A stretch of DNA of 56,283 nt from Candidatus Microgenomates bacterium (GTDB taxonomy: Bacteria; Patescibacteriota; Microgenomatia; Levybacterales; UBA12049): NCBI GenBank assembly GCA_025451195.1, contig JANWKV010000038.1, positions 1-56,283 on the forward strand, in the 5' to 3' direction. Position 1 is the first letter of the stretch, and each line of letters opens with the position of its first letter. The notes under the pieces are model-generated. The model was not told where the DNA came from and did not search any database. It was given only the letters and a program-made list of their open reading frames with translations. Shown piece after piece: positions 39,129 through 48,169 of this stretch. Made by a program: the position numbers and the translations under genes.

Positions 39129-40400
39129 TCATATCTTGGAAACTATCATTAAATCAGAAACATTTGATTCAAGCTTATCTGTAAAAATTCCATCTCCTGC
39201 TTCTTTCCAATATTCATAACTATTATCATCATCTAAGTATTTTTTTGCGTCAAGGCTTAACGCATGAGCTTTTACAATAGTTTGCATATCACCCAAAGCG
39301 CCTGTAAAATAGAAAAAATCCGTACCGTCGCTGTCAAAAGAAGCAAGAATTGTTTCGTCTCTTATATAATCCATTCCTGATAAAACCAGCGTTTGATTTC
39401 TCCCGCCTTTCCCCGTACCTACAACTTTTAATGTGGATTCTCCCCCCGCCAGTAAAATCTCACCCAGATTTGTTTTTTCAATTAGCATTTTGCCCAACGT
39501 ATGGGCATCGCCTTGCACTCTATCTGAAAAAATTACCGCTTTGTATCCTAACTCTTTTGCTTTATTTTGCATTGCGGCAAGAGCCGTTTGATTACTAAGC
39601 ATTATAATGTTTGTTACATTTGCAAAATATTTTTCGTCTGTTGGTGTTTGTTCAAAATCTTCAGGAGATAAATCTTTTTCAAGGTTGTATTTTTTCAGAA
39701 TTGCCTGGGTATCCTCCAGCGTATGCTTATCAGGTTCGGTCGGGCCCGATGCAATAACCGACAAATCATTTCCCGGAACATCTGAAAAAATTAAACTTGC
39801 GACTGTTGCGGGATATAAATGGTGCGCAAGCCCCCCGCCTTTTACTTTTGATAAGTGTTTACGGATAACGTTCATCTCAGAAATATCCGCGCCTGACTTA
39901 AGAAGGTCTTTAAAAACCTGAATTAACCTTTCTAAAGGCAGTCTTACCGGAAGCTCAAACATTGCCGATCCGCCTCCGCAAATAACAACCAAAACCAAAT
40001 CCGTTTCCGTTAGATTTTTAATTTTTTCCAAAACCTGTTTTGTATATGCTACATTTGTTTGAGAAGGCAAAGGATGCGTACCTTTTGTGTAATAAATTTG
40101 TTGGAAAGATTCATCAACCAAATCTATGTCAAAACCAACAGTCAAAAGATTACCTAATTTTTTTTCTACAATTTTACAGATTCCGGCGCTACCCTTTCCA
40201 AAACCGATTAAAAAAACCCTATTGAATTTTGAAAGGTCGTAAGTTTTATCTTCTATTTTAAGAGTTTTGTCATTAACGGAAAATTTTGATTCCATAACAT
40301 TTCTTGGCTCAATCGATTTAAAAGCCTCTTCTATAAGGGTGAGTACAACTTTTCGCTGTGGAGTACTCGCCATTTCCTTGAAATTTTTAATTACACCCAT
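39129..40400 (-). CDS. Glycerate kinase type 2 (MOFRL/TtuD family)
   Basis: GFGKG, HPLP, GGGSA, RKHLSKVKGG, SDVPG, IASGPT, GGE, GGRNQ, NVSD. Confidence 0.93.
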   Translation of the reverse strand: MGVIKNFKEMASTPQRKVVLTLIEEAFKSIEPRNVMESKFSVNDKTLKIEDKTYDLSKFNRVFLIGFGKGSAGICKIVEKKLGNLLTVGFDIDLVDESFQQIYYTKGTHPLPSQTNVAYTKQVLEKIKNLTETDLVLVVICGGGSAMFELPVRLPLERLIQVFKDLLKSGADISEMNVIRKHLSKVKGGGLAHHLYPATVASLIFSDVPGNDLSVIASGPTEPDKHTLEDTQAILKKYNLEKDLSPEDFEQTPTDEKYFANVTNIIMLSNQTALAAMQNKAKELGYKAVIFSDRVQGDAHTLGKMLIEKTNLGEILLAGGESTLKVVGTGKGGRNQTLVLSGMDYIRDETILASFDSDGTDFFYFTGALGDMQTIVKAHALSLDAKKYLDDDNSYEYWKEAGDGIFTDKLESNVSDLMIVSKI

Positions 40401-40439
40401 AATTCTAGTATAGGCTGTTTATAAAATTAGTCAACAAAA

Positions 40440-43400
40440 TTAATTACTTGGGTTCTTATGGATAAAAGAAGATATCTTGACCAGAATAGTTTTTATGAAG
40501 GGTTTTTCTTTGCTTACTAAAATTCCATAAATAAAAATGAGAACTACTAAAGATATGGTAAAAATAATATATTTTGCTGTTAGGTTTTGAGAAGGCGCTT
40601 TTGTTATATTTTTTACAACCTTTGATTCTTTTGCAATTGATAAGGTTTGGACACCAGATCTTCCATAAATTTCCGGTTCGTACATAAGCGATGCTGTTAC
40701 GGGCGGAACAATAAACGTCCCTTCCGAAACAACTCTTGCCCTATATGTATATGTTTGTTCCCCGGCTTTAATATTGTAAAGTGATAAAATCATTCCGTTT
40801 TCTGTAACTTGAGTATCCGAAACGCCAAAATTTGTATAATATTGGTCGGCTGTCTTATCAAAAGAGCTATTGTTAAAATTTTCGTTTATCGGCACCATTC
40901 CTGCCGGCAACTGGTCCTCAATAACCGCGTAATTATCGCTGGACTTTAAACCACCAACGGTAATCATTACTATAGCGGTATCTCCAACTCCAAGGGAATA
41001 TTGCGCTCCTTTTTCATTTACATATTCTCTTTTTACATAAAGTCCGTGATCTAATGCTTTTGCATTTTTATCTGTCCTTAATTGATTAACAATCAAGGTT
41101 TCATACAAATTACCGGAACCGTTTTTAGTTACCAAAACATTAAAATTATCGGATTTTATTGGAATTTTTACATCATTAATTTCCTGAGATGACGAATTAA
41201 CATCTCCGGATGTAATTGATTTATTATTTGAAGAAATAGAATAAGAATATTTTGGAGTTAACTCATTATTCGTTTTTGCAAAATCTGTTAATGCTCTTAT
41301 AACCTGAGAGGTTGCAAAAGTATTGGTCCAATAATCATAACTTCTGCTTTGAGAAAGATATCTTACTGCTTTTTGAATAAGCGTTTTATCCCCACCCGCC
41401 AAAAGCATTGCTCTTACCGCAAGTGCAGTTGAACCGTCTATTGATCCAAAATTTTGTTTTGTCCCTTGCTGCCAAAAAACAGAATCACCCTGACTTACTG
41501 CCATTTGAGTAAGCCTGTTTAAACCGTTAATTGTTGGGTCCGTAAAACCGCTTAGGTAATTCGTCATGACTTCAAGAGCCAAAATATCCGGACTAAGATT
41601 TGTATTGTCCGACAGCAAAGTTGAATTCTTATCTCCAAGAATTGCCAAGCCGTACATTTTGGCAATTTTATCCTCCATTGAATAATTTATTTCTTTACCC
41701 AAACTGTAATCATAATAGGTATTTGTTTTAAGAAAATTTTCTGCATTAGTTAAAATAGAATCATCAACTTTAGCGCCTGCATTTTTTGCGGCAACTAAAT
41801 ATTCAACAACATAAGCCGTAACGAATGGGTCAGATCTTCCTGAAAACCACCACGGCCATCCTCCGTCTCCCTCCTGAAGGCTGGACAGATTTTCTATTCC
41901 TTTTTGAATAATATTGTCAATATTTTTATCCTTCAAAGAATTTGCAAATAAATCAGGATTCGTTTTGGCAATTACAGCAGGCACAAATCTGCTAGTTGTT
42001 TGTTCAACACAACCGTACGGGTAGTTAATAAGATAATCCATTGCTGTTGGCAAAATCCCGACCAAGGTTGGGGAGAGAGATAGCGTAACGGAAGACTTAG
42101 ATCTATCCGAATCGGAATTTAGAGAAACGTTAAAGTCTTTAGTTCCCTCACCTGTCTGAGCTGTTTTCTCGGAAAATGCAAAAGATCTAATTGGAATTTG
42201 TTCGGTAACAATATCTCCTTTATTTTTGTCATTTACAGGTGTCGCCGAAAATACAATTTTTGCATTTGGATTTTCTTTTGTTGCTTTTATTTTCCAGTAA
42301 ACCTGTTCTATGCTATTTGATTTAACCAAATAATTGTTAAAGTTTTTACTTTCTATAGAACCACTGTCAAATGAAAGCTTTATATTAAAATTGGAATCCG
42401 AATTTGTAAAGTTTTCAACAAGAGCGGAAATTACGGCTTCATCGCCAACGCGAAGAATGTTTGGCAAAATTGGCCTGACAATATAATCTTTTGTTTCAAC
42501 AATGTCTATTGTTGTTTGTCCAACCTTTGTGTCTTGTGTATCTCCAACAGCAACAAGAGTCCAAGTGGTTAAATTATCAGGCAGAACAAAACTCACATTT
42601 GCATTTCCGGATGAGTCTGTATGAATTGACGGATTCCAGTAAGCCACGTCTTTAAAAACCGTCCTGCTTAACCCCTTTTGGTTATGGACCCAAATTCCGT
42701 TTGCGAAAAATGTATGGTAATTTTCTACTTCTAAATTATAAACTTTAAATTTGCCCGCCTGCCATTCAATTGACGACACTGGGAATATTTTTCCATCAGA
42801 AAACGTTAACTTATCTCCAATAGAAATATCTCCGGCCTGAATCCAGGAATTGTTTACAAACAAAATATGATCAGGTGTTATTTTTAAGTTTCCATTAATT
42901 ATTAAATAACCCGGATCAATAGCAGAATATATCTTTGTAACTCTTGCCTTAATCTTGTGTAAAGCTCCTGTACTGCTTGTTAAAACATAATCTCCTACTT
43001 TTACATCTTCGATATTTTTTGTACTTCCGTTTGCCATTAGAATTTTTGTGCCCGGGGCAAAACATCCGCCTCCACCACCCGGCTGGTAAGTTTGTATCGC
43101 TTGAAGAGAATGTGCAGTTTGTGTGTAATTATATCTTTCATGCCAAAATGTATCAAAAATGTCACCGAGTTTAGAATCGGATAATTCATATAGTGCCTTG
43201 TCAACAGACCAAAATGTAACTTCGGCAGAAACAGGGTTACCCGTATAATCTTTTGTCTGTATCTTTACATTAACCGTATCCCCCGGCCCATATTTTTTAC
43301 TATCCGGAAAAACGTTTATTAGCAATCTTTTTTCATTAGGAGAAACATGAAGCTGCGTGTTACCGGAATCCAAATCCGAAGAGGAAAAACTGGAAACTAC

Positions 43401-45500
43401 GGCAAACATGTCCGGAATATCCGTATCTTTAAGGGGTATGTCAACTTTTGCCGTTTTACCGCTTAAATGAACTACCTGAAACCCGTCAACTCTTGCTCTC
43501 TCCAAAGATAAGAATATATCTCTATCTGCTATCGATGAGTATATTGTTAAATGCGCTGTGTCTGTAGGAAGATAAGATTGTTTATCCGCAACTACCGAAA
43601 TATTGTTTGTCTGGCCGTTAACCGTATAAGATGTGTCTTCCGAAGAAACATATGAATAAAATGCCTTTGAAATTGTATTTCCTATACCATCCTGCCCTTG
43701 TACCGTTATTGTATAAGATCCTACCTTTGTTGGTGTAAAAGAAATAGTTGTGTTACCGCTACTATCTGTAGTTCCGGTAACGCTTGGCAAATCTTCTTCT
43801 TCCTTTTTATAACTTGGGTACTTCTGATTTGGGTCGTATGTTATAATCCAGTTTTCCCTGTGAATTTTTGCCGTAAGCCCAATACTACTCACTTTGCCAT
43901 TTCTGTAAGCCACAAGAGAAATTGGTAAATTTATTTGAGTCCCAACATTTGACGAGTAATCCGAATCTTTTCTGTAAATACCATATTCACCCGCATAAAC
44001 AATAATATTTTTATCAGCATATGGCGGCTCTTGCGAACCGTCATCCAATGTTGCCTCAATTGTAAATATTTGGGACTTTCCATCATTTCCTTTAAGTTTT
44101 GTATCAAGTTGTATTGTAGCTTCTCCCCTGTTGTTTAATACAGCTGTACCTTCTAAAACTTTTTGGCTTTCGCCATATGAATAAGGACTTGAATACCAGA
44201 AGTTGTTTAAAAAATTTCCGGATAAATTTTTTTGATCCTGAAGATATTCATACTCGTAATAACTCGCGGATGTTATTAAGTATTTTACTTTTTGCCCAAT
44301 GAGTGGCTGTCCGGAAAAATATGTACCGTTTATAGTAAATGATGTTTTATCGCCCGAAATGTATTCCGTCTTAGGAATCGTTAAAGTTATGTAAGACTGC
44401 GGCTTTTTATAATATTCGACATCAAAAGAAACGTAGTTAGAGCTGTAATCTCCATCGTAGTAAGTCGAACTGTTATCCTGCTGATCAAGGGTAATTGTCA
44501 AATAGTAATATCCTACATTTATATCCGAAGGCAATTGGAATTGACCATCTAAAGTCCCGTCTGCTGAAACCGGAATTGATTTTTCATATAATGTATTGTT
44601 TGCCTGGAAATCTGAAGTAATTTTAACTGTTGCATTACCTGTGGGGATTGAATAAACGGCATCGTCATCGTCTCTTATGATTGCTTTAAAATATACTGTG
44701 TCCCCCGGCTTATAAAGAGGTCTGTCTGTAAATATAAAATATTTTGAATTTTGAGTTTTTGAAGCAAATGACGTATATGAGTAACCCGTATTCAAATACT
44801 TTAGATTTATCGGTACAATAGCCCTGTCATCACTTTGAGCAATTAACGCTACGTCTATATCCGATGAAATATTCGTATGGGCGATTCCATTATTATCAAA
44901 GTTTACTCTTTGTAATTCTTTTCTGGAGTTTTCAAGGTTGTAAAGAATTACTTGAGCATTTGTTATACTTCTTTTTGTTTTATAATCCTGACCCCAAAAT
45001 ATAATTTCATTATTCCCTTCTTTTGCCAAAACCCCCAAATTTGATCTAACTACAAAAGCATCCGTATTTATCCCATTTATATTTATTTTTACGTACCAAA
45101 TACCTGTATTGTCCAGTGGGAGAAGTATTTTGCTTTGCGAATTATTTGAAGTGTTTATTTGTTGATAAAAAGTTTTAATAAAAGTTATTTTCGATGGATC
45201 AGGTGTTTTTTGTATCTGTTGACCTTTACTGTCATGGGTTAAATAATCCAAAACAGCATCATCATTTGATTTATATAAATCCACCTTTGCGTTTCCGGAT
45301 ATTTGGTATCCCCCTACAGAAATTGAAGGCTCGCCGGTTGACGCAAGGGAAATAACTCCTCCGGTACTGGAAGATTGCCCATTTGAGTTTGAATAAATGT
45401 AAATTTGTCCGTGAGCTTGCTGCCTAAACTTTGATACAAAAAGGAAAATGCTCCCAAAAACTAAGCAAATTGCTAATAGAAGAATGAAACGGAATTTCAT
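40440..45500 (-). CDS. Alpha-2-macroglobulin family protein with Hint domain insertion and C-terminal TM
   Basis: FTDRPLYKPGDTV, DK..Y.PG, YWNP...LPDNLTTW, YPYGCVEQTTS thioester motif, Q..DGGW.W, DQLPAG, MYEPEIYGRS. Confidence 0.95.
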   Translation of the reverse strand: MKFRFILLLAICLVFGSIFLFVSKFRQQAHGQIYIYSNSNGQSSSTGGVISLASTGEPSISVGGYQISGNAKVDLYKSNDDAVLDYLTHDSKGQQIQKTPDPSKITFIKTFYQQINTSNNSQSKILLPLDNTGIWYVKININGINTDAFVVRSNLGVLAKEGNNEIIFWGQDYKTKRSITNAQVILYNLENSRKELQRVNFDNNGIAHTNISSDIDVALIAQSDDRAIVPINLKYLNTGYSYTSFASKTQNSKYFIFTDRPLYKPGDTVYFKAIIRDDDDAVYSIPTGNATVKITSDFQANNTLYEKSIPVSADGTLDGQFQLPSDINVGYYYLTITLDQQDNSSTYYDGDYSSNYVSFDVEYYKKPQSYITLTIPKTEYISGDKTSFTINGTYFSGQPLIGQKVKYLITSASYYEYEYLQDQKNLSGNFLNNFWYSSPYSYGESQKVLEGTAVLNNRGEATIQLDTKLKGNDGKSQIFTIEATLDDGSQEPPYADKNIIVYAGEYGIYRKDSDYSSNVGTQINLPISLVAYRNGKVSSIGLTAKIHRENWIITYDPNQKYPSYKKEEEDLPSVTGTTDSSGNTTISFTPTKVGSYTITVQGQDGIGNTISKAFYSYVSSEDTSYTVNGQTNNISVVADKQSYLPTDTAHLTIYSSIADRDIFLSLERARVDGFQVVHLSGKTAKVDIPLKDTDIPDMFAVVSSFSSSDLDSGNTQLHVSPNEKRLLINVFPDSKKYGPGDTVNVKIQTKDYTGNPVSAEVTFWSVDKALYELSDSKLGDIFDTFWHERYNYTQTAHSLQAIQTYQPGGGGGCFAPGTKILMANGSTKNIEDVKVGDYVLTSSTGALHKIKARVTKIYSAIDPGYLIINGNLKITPDHILFVNNSWIQAGDISIGDKLTFSDGKIFPVSSIEWQAGKFKVYNLEVENYHTFFANGIWVHNQKGLSRTVFKDVAYWNPSIHTDSSGNANVSFVLPDNLTTWTLVAVGDTQDTKVGQTTIDIVETKDYIVRPILPNILRVGDEAVISALVENFTNSDSNFNIKLSFDSGSIESKNFNNYLVKSNSIEQVYWKIKATKENPNAKIVFSATPVNDKNKGDIVTEQIPIRSFAFSEKTAQTGEGTKDFNVSLNSDSDRSKSSVTLSLSPTLVGILPTAMDYLINYPYGCVEQTTSRFVPAVIAKTNPDLFANSLKDKNIDNIIQKGIENLSSLQEGDGGWPWWFSGRSDPFVTAYVVEYLVAAKNAGAKVDDSILTNAENFLKTNTYYDYSLGKEINYSMEDKIAKMYGLAILGDKNSTLLSDNTNLSPDILALEVMTNYLSGFTDPTINGLNRLTQMAVSQGDSVFWQQGTKQNFGSIDGSTALAVRAMLLAGGDKTLIQKAVRYLSQSRSYDYWTNTFATSQVIRALTDFAKTNNELTPKYSYSISSNNKSITSGDVNSSSQEINDVKIPIKSDNFNVLVTKNGSGNLYETLIVNQLRTDKNAKALDHGLYVKREYVNEKGAQYSLGVGDTAIVMITVGGLKSSDNYAVIEDQLPAGMVPINENFNNSSFDKTADQYYTNFGVSDTQVTENGMILSLYNIKAGEQTYTYRARVVSEGTFIVPPVTASLMYEPEIYGRSGVQTLSIAKESKVVKNITKAPSQNLTAKYIIFTISLVVLIFIYGILVSKEKPFIKTILVKISSFIHKNPSN
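42681..43064 (-). other. Hint domain (bacterial intein-like, BIL-A type), 128 aa, within the alpha-2-macroglobulin
   Basis: Block A CFAPGTKILMANG, block B ITPDH, block F VYNLEVENYHTFFANG, block G WVHN; the next residue is Gln, not Cys/Ser/Thr; no endonuclease domain. Confidence 0.93.
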
Positions 45501-45605
45501 TTCTTAATTCTTATGAAAATTAATTTTTATAATCAACCCTATTTACAGTAAACCAGTAACAATAAAAATTTGCAATATACTTAAAAGAATACTAAGATAA
45601 TCTTC

Positions 45606-46271
45606 ATGAAGATTTTAGATGTCTACGAAAAATACGAAATAACTCCCCTTTTACAGCTCCATCAACTGCGGGCAGCATCTGTTGGGGAATATATTACCAA
45701 GCACTGGAATAAAAAAAAAGAAATTGATAAAGATGCTGTTATTCAAACGCTTCTCCTCCATGATATGGGCAACATTATAAAATTTGACCTGACAAATACT
45801 TCTAAACTTCTAGGTGATGAGATGAAAAATATTGGCCACTGGAGAAATATACAAAAAAAATTTATAGAAAAATACGGTACAAACGAACATGAAGCAACCT
45901 ATGAAATCGGTAAAGAAATTGGAGTTAATAAAACAGTTGAAAATCTTCTTTCACAACTTAAGAGCACGCAAAATGCAGCTGAAGGGAACGATTTTAACCT
46001 TAAAATCTGTTTCTATTCTGATTTGCGCAGCGCACCATTTGGAGTTGTAAATGTTAATAAACGGTTTGATGATTTGATTGAAAGATATAAAGGCCGTGAT
46101 CACCCAATTGCCGATTTAGAAAGAACCGAAAATAATAGAAAATATACACACTATATAGAAAATCAATTACAGAAATTTGTAAGTTTTGATCTTGAATCGA
46201 TCAGTGGCGAAAAAATTGCTAAAAATATGGAAGATTTAAAAACTTACAATCTCCCAATCCTTAATTCTTAA
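45606..46271 (+). CDS. HD-domain protein
   Basis: H (LQLHQ)...LLHDMG...H...YSD motif order. Confidence 0.8.
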   Translation: MKILDVYEKYEITPLLQLHQLRAASVGEYITKHWNKKKEIDKDAVIQTLLLHDMGNIIKFDLTNTSKLLGDEMKNIGHWRNIQKKFIEKYGTNEHEATYEIGKEIGVNKTVENLLSQLKSTQNAAEGNDFNLKICFYSDLRSAPFGVVNVNKRFDDLIERYKGRDHPIADLERTENNRKYTHYIENQLQKFVSFDLESISGEKIAKNMEDLKTYNLPILNS

Positions 46272-46272
46272 T

Positions 46273-46355
46273 TCTTGTCTCTTGTCTCTTGTCTCTTGTC
46301 TCTTGTCTCTTGTCTCTTGTCTCTTGTCTCTTGTCTCTTGTCTCTTGTCTCTTGT
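46273..46355. repeat. Heptamer tandem repeat (TCTTGTC) x about 12
   Basis: 83 nt of uninterrupted perfect repeat filling the gap between two convergent genes. Confidence 0.97.
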
Positions 46356-46358
46356 AAA

Positions 46359-46532
46359 TTATACTTCTTTTATCTTAGCTTGGATTTCCTCATCTGCCGC
46401 GTCCAAACTGTGTTTGTTTTTAGCATGCATTTTTAAAACCATTACTAATTCGTCTTTATCACGTCCTTTAATTGTAAATCCGCAAGCCACATCGTCACAC
46501 GAAACCTGGTACATTTTATTTCCCTCATCCAT
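46359..46532 (-). CDS. Small metal-binding protein, DUF1059-like (57 aa, absent from the ORF track)
   Basis: MDEGNKMYQVSCDDVACGFTIKGRDKDELVMVLKMHAKNKHSLDAADEEIQAKIKEV; C-x4-C...H-x4-H; RBS GGAGGTG. Confidence 0.85.
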   Translation of the reverse strand: MDEGNKMYQVSCDDVACGFTIKGRDKDELVMVLKMHAKNKHSLDAADEEIQAKIKEV

Positions 46533-46648
46533 TTATATCACCTCCCTTTGCTAGAAATACTTAACGAACATTTAGTGAGTTTTAGTATTTCTGCATCCGC
46601 CGATAAACACAGCATGAGGCGTATACGAATAGTATTAAAAGCCGAATG

Positions 46649-47068
46649 CTAGATTACTGCAGGATCTTCCTTTTTCCCTGATTTGAAATCCAAAGAAATA
46701 GAATTTATACAATACCTTTTTCCTGTTTCCGTTGGACCGTCGTCAAAAATATGCCCTAAATGGCTTCCGCAATTTGCACATAAAACTTCTGTTCTGTGCA
46801 TAAAAAGAGAGTTATCTTCGCGGAATTCAACAGCCCCTTTTAAAGATTTGTCAAAGGACGGCCATCCGCAGTCGGAATCAAATTTGGTGTCTGAAGAAAA
46901 CAAATTTGCCCCGCATGCACCACATACATACATTCCGCTCTCAAAATTTTGATAAAACTTACCGGTGCCGGGCATCTCTGTCCCCTTTTCTCTCAAGACC
47001 TTATATTGTTCGTCTGTCAATTTTTTCTTCCAATAATCTTCCGGTTTATTTTTAAAATCATCTGACAT
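46649..47068 (-). CDS. msrB: Peptide-methionine (R)-S-oxide reductase
   Basis: [35 protein letters not shown]. Confidence 0.97.
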   Translation of the reverse strand: MSDDFKNKPEDYWKKKLTDEQYKVLREKGTEMPGTGKFYQNFESGMYVCGACGANLFSSDTKFDSDCGWPSFDKSLKGAVEFREDNSLFMHRTEVLCANCGSHLGHIFDDGPTETGKRYCINSISLDFKSGKKEDPAVI

Positions 47069-47089
47069 ATTATTAGTATAACAACAATC

Positions 47090-47206
47090 ATGAAAAAACG
47101 GAACTATTCTTGGACAGAAATGATTTTAATAGGACTTGGGGTTTTGGGCATTGGATTTATAATTGCAATTATCGGATATTCGCTTTCAAATTTTGTTGCT
47201 AAATAG
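47090..47206 (+). CDS. Small single-TM protein (38 aa, absent from the ORF track)
   Basis: [38 protein letters not shown]; basic N-terminus plus hydrophobic helix; fills the msrB-FKBP gap. Confidence 0.55.
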   Translation: MKKRNYSWTEMILIGLGVLGIGFIIAIIGYSLSNFVAK

Positions 47207-47220
47207 TATAATTTGTTTTT

Positions 47221-47583
47221 ATGACAGATAAAAATTCCAAATTAAAAATCGAAGATATAAAAGTAGGTAAGGGAGACGGAGTAAAAGACGGTGATACGGT
47301 TGTAATTCACTATACAGGCTGGCTGGAAGATCCTTCGGCTCCCGGCTCAGGACAAGTTGGTGCAAAATTTGACAGCAGTAAAGACCGGCGACTGCCCTTT
47401 GAAGTAAAAATCGGAGTTGGTTATGTTATACAAGGTTGGGATTTGGGAGTTATTGGTATGAAAAAAGGCGGAAAACGAAAATTAACTATTCCTTATGAAA
47501 TGGGTTATGGAAAATACGGCACAGATGGAATACCTGGTTTTGCAACTTTAATTTTTGAACTTGAACTTCTTAAGATAAAGTAA
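47221..47583 (+). CDS. FKBP-type peptidyl-prolyl isomerase
   Basis: HYTGWL...KFDSS, VIQGWD.G..GMK.GGKRKL.IP..GYG, TLIFELEL. Confidence 0.95.
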   Translation: MTDKNSKLKIEDIKVGKGDGVKDGDTVVIHYTGWLEDPSAPGSGQVGAKFDSSKDRRLPFEVKIGVGYVIQGWDLGVIGMKKGGKRKLTIPYEMGYGKYGTDGIPGFATLIFELELLKIK

Positions 47584-48162
47584 TTATTTATAAGAGGATA
47601 AATCAATAGGACTGCTTACAAAAACTCCGATTTTGAATTGACAAGGACATTGAGAATTTGCTGGGCCGTTTTTCATGAGGGTAAGATTACTGTAATCATA
47701 CATAAGAATAAGTTTGTGGTTTGCGTCTAAAGGCTTAGAATATCCCCAGACCTCCCCTGTTGGGCTGCTCGCAACCAATACCGATTTGTCCTCGTGCCAT
47801 TTTCCGCTTAAAAGAATTTGTTTATTTTCCAAATCTGCCGCGGATATATTATTTTGCGAAGTAAATGTTCCCTCCTGCAATTCACCGGAAATTTTAATGC
47901 TGTCATACTGTTTTTCAGATTTATTATCGTTTGCGAAGGGATAATACAATTGTTGGTAGGGCTTTTTCTTATCCCACTGGATATTTAATTCAGGATTAAT
48001 ATATTCTGCTTGCTCAAGTGGTAAATCCACATTTGAAGCTGTAGATCTTACTGGGGAGAAAATCTTTTGCTGATTATCTATTGATAAATAAATTTTTAGA
48101 ACCGTTAAAATTACAGTAAATAGAATAATGAAAAAAATAAACAACAGAAGTAACTTTTTCAC
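47584..48162 (-). CDS. Membrane-anchored hypothetical protein
   Basis: Probable GTG start at 48162 (VKKLLLLFIFF...), N-terminal TM, CPC near the C-terminus. Confidence 0.65.
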   Translation of the reverse strand: MKKLLLLFIFFIILFTVILTVLKIYLSIDNQQKIFSPVRSTASNVDLPLEQAEYINPELNIQWDKKKPYQQLYYPFANDNKSEKQYDSIKISGELQEGTFTSQNNISAADLENKQILLSGKWHEDKSVLVASSPTGEVWGYSKPLDANHKLILMYDYSNLTLMKNGPANSQCPCQFKIGVFVSSPIDLSSYK

Positions 48163-48169
48163 TAGATAA

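Noticed and set aside
42681-43064. Canonical selfish mini-intein
   Set aside because: The +1 residue is Gln, the host is an exported protein, and the site is a variable bait loop rather than a conserved active-site motif; a BIL-type domain fits better.
46273-46355. Possible CRISPR array
   Set aside because: 7-bp units with no spacers and no cas genes. No CRISPR array was seen anywhere in the window.
46282-46554. 90-aa ORF with LLSLVSC repeats
   Set aside because: It is a translation of the heptamer repeat and lies antisense to the better-supported DUF1059-like gene.
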